From the IMG/VR virus record IMGVR_UViG_3300046791_000283, positions 64,001 through 79,156 of that record: a stretch of 15,156 nt of DNA; one strand, 5' to 3'. A model generated the notes under the pieces. It did not search any database and was not told the origin of the DNA. It saw only the letters and a list, made by a program, of their open reading frames with translations. The position numbers and the translations under genes were made by a program. This document shows, piece after piece, positions 1-9,302 of the stretch. Positions within the stretch are counted from its first letter, which is position 1. Every line of letters begins with the position of its first letter. The stretch is from a virus. Its lineage: Duplodnaviria; Heunggongvirae; Uroviricota; Caudoviricetes.

Positions 1-2
1 GT

Positions 3-560
3 TTCTATCGCCCACCGTAAAGAGCTGAATTGATTAAGCCTGTCTAAATCCCCATAGGTTTGAGCTATAACGGTGTTAAAATCCCCATCAGTTAGCGCAG
101 GATCACCACCATTTTGTCCGAATTTTATGTAAAAAATGTCGGGAGCAGGGTTTCCTAGACCTACAACGGTTCCGCCAGACGTGCTAATTGTTGTAACATA
201 TCCTGTTACTGGGTGTGTCCATGTGATCTGCGCGCCAAGCGTAAAGCTGTCGCGGATTATGTTTCTTACTTGGTTTGAAAGGCAGTTATCATTATTAACT
301 GAAGGGTACGTCAATAAATTCACTGCTGTTAATGCTACATCATTATATCTAGCTCCTGCGGTTGCAGCTTCCTTAACGGTCGGTGATAAATTTAAGATAT
401 CAACTGCAAATGGAACCCAACTGGAAACATCTTGGCTGTCTCCCATTGTTGCAAGTTTTAAGCCAGTTAGGGAAACTGACCCTACAGCATCAACGAGAGC
501 ATTGAAGCTAGCTTGAAAATCATCGCCTTCCATTCCTGGAACCATGTATGCTACATTCAT
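3..560 (-). CDS. SGNH/GDSL-family esterase, probably virion-associated (3'-truncated by the window edge; absent from the ORF track)
   Basis: My translation from ATG at 560: MNVAYMVPGMEGDDFQASFNALVDAVGSVSLTGLKLATMGDSQDVSSW...KEAATAGARY...PDIFYIKFGQNGGD...FSSLRWAIE, open to the window edge. It shows block I (GDS), a block II-like segment (AATAGA) and a block III variant (GQNGG). Block V would lie outside the window. Confidence 0.75.
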   Translation of the reverse strand, partial: MNVAYMVPGMEGDDFQASFNALVDAVGSVSLTGLKLATMGDSQDVSSWVPFAVDILNLSPTVKEAATAGARYNDVALTAVNLLTYPSVNNDNCLSNQVRNIIRDSFTLGAQITWTHPVTGYVTTISTSGGTVVGLGNPAPDIFYIKFGQNGGDPALTDGDFNTVIAQTYGDLDRLNQFSSLRWAIE

Positions 561-578
561 ACTTTTATAAATTTTTTG

Positions 579-1829
579 TTATACACCTAATTTTGCTTTA
601 TACCTATCTCCTGCTGTATTAAGAATATTAAGTTCTGCCGATGTTAAAAATGCTGCATAACCTGAAAACATTATACCAGCATCACTATACCCAAATGCAC
701 TTCTTAAAATTGAAAATTTCTCATTTATTAATGCTATGGAATTTGATGATCCTGTTGACACAACTCCATCTGCATACCCTTGAGTAGGCAATGATCCACT
801 CCTTCCAATTGCTACCAACCCGGCTACCTTGAAATCGGCCGCTACTGAATTACTATCATCATTAATACGATTCGCTGAAGTGCTTGAATTCTGCATTGTG
901 TTACTTCCAGTAAATGATGGGTGTCCATCTAAACCACTATTCCCAGCTCCAACTTTATACTTATAGTGGAATCTAGTAGCATCGTCTTGTACATATTTTA
1001 TTCCGTTAATTGAAGCATTAAATTGTGAATTACAATATTGATCTATTGCATTTCCTTCAAATCCAGCATTAGTAAATGTCGGAGCAACCGGGAAAGTAGG
1101 AAGCGCAAGAGTTGGACGTACAAATGCAACACAAGCTGTTGTTAATGCTAGTGTTGTATCTTTCAATCCCCACATCCAAATACAATCAAGTTTTGGTATA
1201 ATGGTTGGGCCTAGTTTAATAATATCTAACCAGAAGTGATTTAATCCTTCTTTTGTTAATGTCGCTGGAAGAGTATAGCCTAATGCTGTTACTCTGGCTG
1301 TCCATGCTTTATAGGGCTGTGCTTCTCCTGCCCTGTTAGCTTTAATAACTCCATAAGGGTTAAATGTACCTGACCACCAGGGATGCAGTCTAAAAAGTGA
1401 GTGTAATTGATTCCACTCATCAGCTGTTGGATTAGCCGTGCTCTTTAACACTCCTATCCATTTTATGTTATGAGGAGCATCATCAGTATACCTTACTAAG
1501 GTTCTACTGTAGTCCGCTATGGTTAAAAAGGATGCGGTTATTTGCTGGACTGTTCCCGCATCATTATAATGCAGGGTATCAAGCTGATCATCTACCTTCA
1601 AAGAAGCTGTGTTGGAAAGGGCGAAAGTGGCAGTAGAGGTGGATGGAATATAATTAGTGCTGAAATCTTTGTTTGTAATGGTGTAATTTCCCCCTCCACT
1701 TATAGCATTGATCATTTCGTTCCCCGATATATTTTCTAACCATAACACGGAAAATAAAGGCTTCAGAGCTTCTGGGAAAACCCCGCCCCGCCTTCTTGCA
1801 ACCATTAAATTCGCGTTAATATTCCTCAT
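579..1829 (-). CDS. Putative tail/virion protein, two-domain (Bacteroidota-phage-type N-terminal half; beta-rich, possibly LamG-like C-terminal half)
   Basis: 416-aa ORF in the fibre cluster. The C-terminal half has the pattern KLDCIWMW...PTF...GFEGNAIDQYCNSQFN, which I recognise from phage tail protein C-terminal domains (not searched). Confidence 0.55.
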   Translation of the reverse strand: MRNINANLMVARRRGGVFPEALKPLFSVLWLENISGNEMINAISGGGNYTITNKDFSTNYIPSTSTATFALSNTASLKVDDQLDTLHYNDAGTVQQITASFLTIADYSRTLVRYTDDAPHNIKWIGVLKSTANPTADEWNQLHSLFRLHPWWSGTFNPYGVIKANRAGEAQPYKAWTARVTALGYTLPATLTKEGLNHFWLDIIKLGPTIIPKLDCIWMWGLKDTTLALTTACVAFVRPTLALPTFPVAPTFTNAGFEGNAIDQYCNSQFNASINGIKYVQDDATRFHYKYKVGAGNSGLDGHPSFTGSNTMQNSSTSANRINDDSNSVAADFKVAGLVAIGRSGSLPTQGYADGVVSTGSSNSIALINEKFSILRSAFGYSDAGIMFSGYAAFLTSAELNILNTAGDRYKAKLGV

Positions 1830-1835
1830 AATTCA

Positions 1836-4800
1836 TCAGGTAAACTTTCCATAAAGTCTTAATCCATCATTGATTTGCTTTAATTTCCTAGACAATTGAT
1901 ATATCGCATTTCTAATTGCAGCTCCGTCTGTAGCATAGACCGTTAAGCTGGTCCAATCATCAATTGTATCATTCGTTCCACCTGCGGTTACGTTATTGGT
2001 TAAATCCGCTCCAGACACTTGTTGCGCTACCGGAGCAGAACCAAAATAACCTATCTTTTTCACCCCTGCCGCTTCTATAATCTCAAAAGCATTCGTTCCT
2101 CCATTCTCTTGAACTACAAATAAGTTCTGATTTGCAAGCGTTCCTTTTATTTGAACCGCATACGTTGGTGTAAGTGTACCGAATCCACATAATCCGGATG
2201 AAGATAAGAAGGCATAATTAGCGCCCAGTGTTGCCCCTCCTATGTTTGGATCATGGACAAATCCGGAAATTGTATTTACTGTGCCTATAACTCCCGCAAA
2301 TCTGAATCCGATCCAATTTATTGTTGTTGATGCTGAGTGAGCTGAGTTTACTGTGTTGTAAGAATAAACATTTGTTACACCGGCCCCCGTTGGTTGAATA
2401 TTTCCTGTAGCATCGTAAAAAGCCGCTGTAACTCCATTGGCAACATTTGATTGAGTATTTACAAATCCAGTTGTGTTGGAAGAAAAAGCGCCTACAAAAA
2501 CCGCCCCAGTTACAACACCGCCAGAAGATACAGAAAAATGAGAAGAGTAGGCACCACCATCTATAGAATGTGCAAGTACCCAGGTTGCGGTTGGATTCGT
2601 AACGCCATCTGTACCGGTAACGTATGTTGCATACTTAATAACCTTACTTGACCCACCACTACCGGTAGCCCACGCTCTTCCTTCTTGTACAAATAATGGA
2701 GAAATTTGTGGTAATCCTGCTGCCGCTGCCGCTTCATTTGATAATTTAAACGCGTCTGTAGTAAGGGCTGTCCCAAGAGTGTCAAGTCTATATTTAACAA
2801 CGTTTACTGTTGTCATTATAAAAATGTTAGCTCCAGTGAGTGTCCCTCCGGATGCTAGTAAATATGATAATCCAGCTGTCTGGACAGTCGCATCAATGTG
2901 AGAGCTAGTGACTTTTCCCCAAGATGAAACCGTTGCAACCCCACCGCTTATTAACACGTTTCCAGTTGCTACGGATGCAAGTTTAGCTAGTGTTGTAGCC
3001 CCACTTGCTTGAATTAAATCGCCAATCGTATACGATGAAAGGTTTGTTCCCCCATCCGCTACTGCTACATCTGTTCCCCCTGTTTGATATACAGTTCCAC
3101 TAGCATCCTGTAAAGTATAGGTTCTATTCCCGCTTAAAGCAGAAAGGGATAACGAAGCCACACCCGTAATCGCGGGGGCTTTAAAATCAAATCCATCACG
3201 GGTAGCATTGGTTTTGAAATATCCGGTAATGACTCCGCCTTCTTCAATTTCAATCCCCGATCCAACTCCTGAAGCTCCGCTGCCTCCTTTATTCAGTGTA
3301 ATCAGCTTGTCTGTTATGTAGTGCTGAGTTTCTGTATAGTTTGCTGCCGCACCTAAAAAATTAATGACGGCTCCAACACGACCAATGTTTATAACATCGG
3401 CATTTCCAGTTCCTACATTCAATACATCACTACCCCCGGTCGCTGCAACATCAACCACCTTACCACTACGAAGCGTTAGATTACCAAGATCAAGAATATC
3501 TTGGCCTTCAGCATCATTTCCAACACCAAGAACGCTATCAAGATTAGGAACGGCTGACCCTGCGCCTGATAACACATATCCTTCAGTCGTTGAAATAGCG
3601 AAGAAAACAGGGCGCCCGGTGTCTACGGTTGAAATAGTACCATCATTCTGAACAAAGTATAGTGAATTAGCCACAAGGCCTGATAATCCAGAAACATAGC
3701 CAGCTTGAACGAATGTAAATAAGCTGGATGAACCAACCGCTGTAATAACGCCAAGCCAGATATCGTCTGATCCGGAATTAAATTGCTCATAGGCCCCAGC
3801 TCTGAATGATACCGCAGTAAATACACTTAATCCATGGGCTGCCTGATTTACCAGTTTACCAAGGCCTGAGCCTGGAGGGCCTGAAGAGCCTACTGTTCCC
3901 TGCCATGCGTATGGTCCGCCCCAATCGGCAGAAGTATCAGTATTTTTGATATAAACAACCTGTGGAGATACGTCTGTTTGTAGGTAGATAAACCCGGCTG
4001 CTTTATCATCGTGAGCGCTACGGGCAGCTAACGTGCCTGCGTCCCCGATAATTGGGCCGAAGCCAAAGCCTTGCGGTCCGCGAATATTTACCGCCACAGA
4101 AGTTTCTAATGTAACGCCCGCTGGACCAATGAACCATCTAACTGGGTCTGGAGGACTTAACCCTGGATCGAATACCGGCTTAATGCCGGAACCTCCTACC
4201 CAATCAACAATTTCAAAAACGGCCTTTGATGAACTTACTTCAAAAACAGCAAGTACCGGAGACCATCCATTATCACCAACAAAACGAATAGGATCTTCCC
4301 ATCCGGCTGAAGATGTTGCTGGACCACCAGCTGGGTTTCTGAAATAAAGATATCCGGTATCAGTCTCGAGGTAAGCAAATCCCTCATCCTCTCCATCAAA
4401 AGCACTTGATAACCTGGCCGAACTAGGCCCGCGAAAATCTACAGTGAAAGGATCTCCTGCGTCTCCTTTAAAATTTCCAAGAAGAATCCAAACCGAATCA
4501 CCAACATATCTCCACTCAATCGTATCACCATTACTCTGAAGTTCAATCGCACGACCGTCAGCACCATCTTCACCGGCCATGGTGGCTATATCGAGATTCA
4601 ATTGATTTATTACATCAATAAGACCAGTGATCTGTGAAATCGTATGCTTATCACTACCGCTTTGAACGTGTGCAATTGGAGCATAGATTGAGCTCAATGC
4701 GCTCAGCTGAGTAACTGATATTTTTGCATTCCAGGTAGAGCGATCAGTTGAGCTAACATGCACACCAGATGATTCTCCAATGCTTGCATAGTGAGCCTCA

Positions 4801-5369
4801 AGCGCTTGTAACGCAGTTAATAATCCATTTGTGATATTATCAAGTGTAGTCTTATTTGAATGTGTGTGCAAACGAGAATCATCATCCCAAACATTTACGT
4901 TTGAAGCGTCTTGATTATCAAAAAATCCTGGTGGAAAAATTGCATCTGGATCAAATCCCTCTAGAACTTGAATTCTTACATCTAATGCCTGATCGGCAGT
5001 CTGTCTATTACCAACTTCTGCTAATAAATCAGATTGAAGTGCGTAGTTACCCGATGGTACCACTACGTTCTCTTGAATTATAGTTTGAAAATTTGGGTAG
5101 TTTACAACCGCGATCTTATTCAACTCCAACCACTTCCAGAAGAAATCGATAGTGCTGCTGATTTCAGCATCGCTCAATCCACCGCGATCAGAAGTGTTAA
5201 GAAGAACAATGAATTCACGAGTATTAGTAAGTTTTAAAAGAAGATCTTTTGAATCATCGGATTGATATCCCTGGTAATCAAATTTATCAGACAGACTCTT
5301 CGCCATCTCACGAATTTTAGTCTGAGCCTTATTGATGAAGTTTGATATTTTGGTATTTAATGTTGCCAT
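1836..5369 (-). CDS. Modular tail fibre / receptor-binding protein
   Basis: 1177 aa. Helical N-terminus, coiled-coil (EVGNRQTADQALDVRIQVLEG), HTHSNK/HVSSTDR fibre motifs, short collagen-like G-X-Y linkers, a GGTNLSSYTIGDLIQASGATTLAKLASVATGNVLISGG fibre repeat, a Gly/Ser/Thr-rich beta region and a C-terminal KIGYFGSAPVAQQ...coiled-coil. Confidence 0.75.
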   Translation of the reverse strand: MATLNTKISNFINKAQTKIREMAKSLSDKFDYQGYQSDDSKDLLLKLTNTREFIVLLNTSDRGGLSDAEISSTIDFFWKWLELNKIAVVNYPNFQTIIQENVVVPSGNYALQSDLLAEVGNRQTADQALDVRIQVLEGFDPDAIFPPGFFDNQDASNVNVWDDDSRLHTHSNKTTLDNITNGLLTALQALEAHYASIGESSGVHVSSTDRSTWNAKISVTQLSALSSIYAPIAHVQSGSDKHTISQITGLIDVINQLNLDIATMAGEDGADGRAIELQSNGDTIEWRYVGDSVWILLGNFKGDAGDPFTVDFRGPSSARLSSAFDGEDEGFAYLETDTGYLYFRNPAGGPATSSAGWEDPIRFVGDNGWSPVLAVFEVSSSKAVFEIVDWVGGSGIKPVFDPGLSPPDPVRWFIGPAGVTLETSVAVNIRGPQGFGFGPIIGDAGTLAARSAHDDKAAGFIYLQTDVSPQVVYIKNTDTSADWGGPYAWQGTVGSSGPPGSGLGKLVNQAAHGLSVFTAVSFRAGAYEQFNSGSDDIWLGVITAVGSSSLFTFVQAGYVSGLSGLVANSLYFVQNDGTISTVDTGRPVFFAISTTEGYVLSGAGSAVPNLDSVLGVGNDAEGQDILDLGNLTLRSGKVVDVAATGGSDVLNVGTGNADVINIGRVGAVINFLGAAANYTETQHYITDKLITLNKGGSGASGVGSGIEIEEGGVITGYFKTNATRDGFDFKAPAITGVASLSLSALSGNRTYTLQDASGTVYQTGGTDVAVADGGTNLSSYTIGDLIQASGATTLAKLASVATGNVLISGGVATVSSWGKVTSSHIDATVQTAGLSYLLASGGTLTGANIFIMTTVNVVKYRLDTLGTALTTDAFKLSNEAAAAAGLPQISPLFVQEGRAWATGSGGSSKVIKYATYVTGTDGVTNPTATWVLAHSIDGGAYSSHFSVSSGGVVTGAVFVGAFSSNTTGFVNTQSNVANGVTAAFYDATGNIQPTGAGVTNVYSYNTVNSAHSASTTINWIGFRFAGVIGTVNTISGFVHDPNIGGATLGANYAFLSSSGLCGFGTLTPTYAVQIKGTLANQNLFVVQENGGTNAFEIIEAAGVKKIGYFGSAPVAQQVSGADLTNNVTAGGTNDTIDDWTSLTVYATDGAAIRNAIYQLSRKLKQINDGLRLYGKFT

Positions 5370-5370
5370 C

Positions 5371-8300
5371 TTACAAGCCGAAAGATTCTATATAACCCCC
5401 ATCTCTTAATCCTGCACCAGAACTATTAATTCTGCATGCAACAATATACTCCCATGTTTCACCTGCTGGTATAATTTCCATCATGCTAACACGTATTTTA
5501 TGTCCATCTCCAAGTATTTGAACTATACCACCAGTATCGTTATCAACCTTTTGAGTGTTCGCATCTATTAAATTAACTCCAGATGGAGCTGTCCATATTA
5601 TTATTGGCCCCGCTCCAACTACCGGACTGTTTTTAACTCGGAATAAACGAACGGAGAATATTTCTGGATCACCAACTTCAAGAAATCCAACCTCTGCCAT
5701 TGTTCTAAACCATCTTGGTTCCGTGAAACCATTACTTACTACAATCCTTTTAAGCATTATGAGTCCTTGTAAACCGGAAATACTAATATTTGGTACTCCT
5801 GCAATGGAAGACTGAACAACTGCCTGTGGGCGTGTCGTTGCATCATTCCCAGCGGAACCACGGACATCTACCGCTAAAGATATGCTAGTAAGTCCAGCTA
5901 CACCGATATAAGAATTTACCCCTCCAGATCCAGATGGTTTAGTACCTTCTCCATCGATCCAATCAATAAGTTTCAAAACTCTTCTATCACCATCGGCTTC
6001 TAAACTCAACACTGGAGACCATCCACGTTCACCTGGTGCTACTGGTGGCGCTGCATTTGAACTAAATTTCTTTGGGGTCCCATAGGTTCCAAGTGGAGTA
6101 TAATTATCCCGGGTAAATACTGTAGGATCAGCATTAACATCTATACGAAGTAAGAAGTGACACGATGTAACATAAGTTAAATCCTCACTACCAGCGAATG
6201 CTGTCGGTGCAATGGTCCAACCGGCCGGAACAATTGACCCTGATCCAGGCACAGACGGTGCCGCTGGTACCGGATCAACTCCATCTTGAATGTTCTTAAA
6301 AATTGTAAGGCTTATACCTCCGTTGGGCCGAGCAGCTTCAGAACGCATCTGAATCTCACCTCCCCATATTCCGCCTATACGATATATAACAAACCAAGTA
6401 CCAGCCGCGTCTTCTAAATAACCAATAGACAGCGCAAGTACTTCGGTTTTAGTTAGTGTGCGTGGTGAAAAATCAGTTGGACTTCCCGGGAACGTTGTTC
6501 CGGTTCCCCAGTACAAAGCCTCCACTGCTTCAGCATCCTGAACATCAGTCAGTGTGATAATAAAAGTCCGCACGATCTCACCGAATGTTGCGGTTAAATG
6601 GAGTGTTGCATACTGATCAATATCCTCACCATGAACAAAAACTTCAGCGGCTTCAATATCGGTATCCCCAATTGGATCTCCATCCTCATCTTTTAACCCA
6701 TCGGTAATCGCTGCACCAGCAGCATCCTTTATACTCCATGTGAAAACAACATCTGTATCATCATCCACTCCGCCCTTAAAGAACTTACCAATGAAATTAT
6801 ATTCACCGGTTTGATTTTTAAATACACTGCCATTTGGAGTAGCAATGTCTGTGACAAAAGCTTCACCATCATCCGTGGCATCACGGAGTTGAATTGTATC
6901 TTCGTAATCAGTTGGTCTGGATACATGGGTTAATCCAACACGATACTGTTGACTAACATCCACTCCACCTGGGGAAATTTCTAAATTTTTTAATCCAACC
7001 GCTATCCTGTGGTATGGATTTAATTCAACACCAAGATTTATTGCAAATCTAGTATCTGGATCAAACACTATAAGGGTTGCCCCACGATACCATTTATACG
7101 AACTGATGTTAGTAGTTAGTTCGGTTGGTCCTTTATAAAGTTTTGGAGTTAGTGTAATGGTTGAAAATGAATCCTGAATATTTCCTTCATCATCACGATA
7201 TTTTGAAAACGTTGATCCTGGTGTTTCCTCAATTACTGCTTGAATATTATCCAGACCATCAAAGCGTTTCCAAAGCGACCAACTCGTTTTAAAACTTCCA
7301 TCAGAATGTTTTGTGGCCTTACTCATATAGAGAACCTCGTCCTCTTCTACAGTAAATGGTGCATCAGAACAATCGTTTGGAGCGTCTCCACCAAACGGTA
7401 TTGGAAGTGTTGGTATTGCGGCCTGTAGTTCAACTAGCGTTACACCAATTGAAAAGGCCTTGAAAACAAAATCATCAAATTCTCCAGACTCCTGATCTAT
7501 TTTAGTAATGGTCCAATTTGTTGATACTCCGGTTGGTCTGGTGGCCATGAAGGTATCGAGTCCTGGAGTAAAATATCCTCTCCAAAATGTCTCATTAAGA
7601 AAATCTGTGCTCGATGGAGTATTTCCATAACGAACTAACTGAGGGTCTGAACTAATTAGTATTGGGAGATCCCAGTCTGATTTTAATATACCGTATGAAT
7701 TCTTGAGTGCTGTTGAGCGATATAAATCCTTAGTCAGAATATCGGTTGCATAGTCAACACCTGGTGTTGACTGCCACCCCTCTGGGAGTTCAGTATAATC
7801 ATCTGGTTGTATTGGCCTTATTGGTGCCGCACTATCCTTTGGTGTAATCCATTTAAAAATTACATCGAGGTATTGATTTTGTTCATAATCACCACCAGCG
7901 CTAATAGAAACAGGTATACCCCATGGCTGAGTACCTATACGTTGCCTAAACCATGCTTGGTTTAAAAGCGGATCGTACTCACCGCCAACCCAAATAATGT
8001 CCGATGGGTTCCCACCAATGTAAGTAGCATCATTCGGATAACCAGCCTGATAGGCTTCATAACTGATCTGAGATGGTAAAAAGTTTGGACGTTTCCCTTC
8101 GAAGTTTGCTGCATACTGAGTTTCAACATCACCAGAATTCTCTGCTGACGAAGTACTCTCAAATGCCCAATAATTAAATATTTGATAATCAGGAATACCA
8201 CTAATAACACTTGGTGGCATATTCCTAAGATAATAGCGCGTTCGTAAATGATAACTTCCGCCTGGTCGTTCGTGTTCACTCACAACGATCGACATATCCT

Positions 8301-8487
8301 TCTCAAGAATTTCTACCGGAAGATCCGCAAGAACCTCAAGGGTTGGAAGAGAGAAATGACCACCTTTAATTTGTTGTGCAATTATACTGGGGAATTCATT
8401 TGATGTTGGAATCAATGTTCCACCAAATGGCACAAGCCCACTGAGAGAACCCTTAATCGAATTAATATAATCGTTATACGCTCCCAT
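5371..8487 (-). CDS. Large modular tail/fibre structural protein with repeated beta modules and Ig-like domains
   Basis: 1038 aa. N-terminal IKGGHF motif, three (V/I)FK...P..P...(G)W modules, two Ig-like segments (TITLTPKLYKG...SYKWYRG; GSVFKNQTG...VVFTWSIKD) and a GWSPVL...DW..G.G.KP module shared with the neighbouring fibre. Confidence 0.65.
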   Translation of the reverse strand: MGAYNDYINSIKGSLSGLVPFGGTLIPTSNEFPSIIAQQIKGGHFSLPTLEVLADLPVEILEKDMSIVVSEHERPGGSYHLRTRYYLRNMPPSVISGIPDYQIFNYWAFESTSSAENSGDVETQYAANFEGKRPNFLPSQISYEAYQAGYPNDATYIGGNPSDIIWVGGEYDPLLNQAWFRQRIGTQPWGIPVSISAGGDYEQNQYLDVIFKWITPKDSAAPIRPIQPDDYTELPEGWQSTPGVDYATDILTKDLYRSTALKNSYGILKSDWDLPILISSDPQLVRYGNTPSSTDFLNETFWRGYFTPGLDTFMATRPTGVSTNWTITKIDQESGEFDDFVFKAFSIGVTLVELQAAIPTLPIPFGGDAPNDCSDAPFTVEEDEVLYMSKATKHSDGSFKTSWSLWKRFDGLDNIQAVIEETPGSTFSKYRDDEGNIQDSFSTITLTPKLYKGPTELTTNISSYKWYRGATLIVFDPDTRFAINLGVELNPYHRIAVGLKNLEISPGGVDVSQQYRVGLTHVSRPTDYEDTIQLRDATDDGEAFVTDIATPNGSVFKNQTGEYNFIGKFFKGGVDDDTDVVFTWSIKDAAGAAITDGLKDEDGDPIGDTDIEAAEVFVHGEDIDQYATLHLTATFGEIVRTFIITLTDVQDAEAVEALYWGTGTTFPGSPTDFSPRTLTKTEVLALSIGYLEDAAGTWFVIYRIGGIWGGEIQMRSEAARPNGGISLTIFKNIQDGVDPVPAAPSVPGSGSIVPAGWTIAPTAFAGSEDLTYVTSCHFLLRIDVNADPTVFTRDNYTPLGTYGTPKKFSSNAAPPVAPGERGWSPVLSLEADGDRRVLKLIDWIDGEGTKPSGSGGVNSYIGVAGLTSISLAVDVRGSAGNDATTRPQAVVQSSIAGVPNISISGLQGLIMLKRIVVSNGFTEPRWFRTMAEVGFLEVGDPEIFSVRLFRVKNSPVVGAGPIIIWTAPSGVNLIDANTQKVDNDTGGIVQILGDGHKIRVSMMEIIPAGETWEYIVACRINSSGAGLRDGGYIESFGL

Positions 8488-9302
8488 TAGGAAAGTGTAA
8501 TTAGGTATGTGTCTGGATCAAGACGATTTGCGGAACGAACAACCCAATAGGATCGGATGATTCCTCCATCGTGAATATTTGTCACATTAATGTTTGCGTG
8601 CCCCGTGTAAAGTGGAAATGCTAATCCGTTAAGAATTGCTCCCGTAGGAACAGGAACTCCAATCGGGGCACACCAGTAAATATATTTTGGTCCAGCTGGT
8701 GAACCTGGTACTACATAACTATTCTCTCCACCGTACTCCTCAATCAGTGTATCAATCAAATGCTTATTTACAAGTGCTTTGATTGCCGCTTGGTCCAATG
8801 TGGCTAATGAATTAAATCCCTGATAGATCGCATCTTTAAACGGAACCGATGAGTTTTTATTCGTAGTTCCTCCCTGATCATCAATCGCCTGAACTGTATG
8901 AGATTCTTCAACACCTGGTGTGGATCTCGTAACGTCTGTTTTTTGGAAACTAAACGGTAAGAGTAAATTAAGTCCTCCGGGGTCCGGTGTAATGCTCCGT
9001 GAGGATATTGGGTAAGTCCCCTGAGTGATCTCTCCGTTGAATGTTACCACGGAAACGGTCTCACCGGTTTCTCTTACGCCAGCATCATTAGTAAAATCAA
9101 TAACCGGATTTACTATATCCAAGTGATCTAATTCGTAGATCGTCTTCCCGTTCTCGAAAAATTTATTGATAACATTCCCGATTGTAATGCCAGGTTTATG
9201 ACGAACAATTATCGATTCAGCCGGATTGGATGATGGTTGGATCGGTGTGCCTTCACCACATCCACAGGATTCGTTAGATTTTACATCTACTACTTCTTCC
9301 AT
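8487..9302 (-). CDS. Putative virion structural protein (Ig-like middle domain; C-terminal YIYW.AP...VTN...YWVVRSAN domain)
   Basis: 271-aa ORF coupled to both neighbours by TAATG overlaps. Beta-rich. The C-terminal motif resembles domains seen in phage structural proteins. Confidence 0.55.
   Translation of the reverse strand: MEEVVDVKSNESCGCGEGTPIQPSSNPAESIIVRHKPGITIGNVINKFFENGKTIYELDHLDIVNPVIDFTNDAGVRETGETVSVVTFNGEITQGTYPISSRSITPDPGGLNLLLPFSFQKTDVTRSTPGVEESHTVQAIDDQGGTTNKNSSVPFKDAIYQGFNSLATLDQAAIKALVNKHLIDTLIEEYGGENSYVVPGSPAGPKYIYWCAPIGVPVPTGAILNGLAFPLYTGHANINVTNIHDGGIIRSYWVVRSANRLDPDTYLITLS

Noticed and set aside
579-8487. Diversity-generating retroelement variable repeat or invertible cassette in the fibre genes
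   Set aside because: I found no near-identical DNA repeat pair with adenine-specific mismatches, no long inverted repeats, and no reverse transcriptase or invertase in the window.
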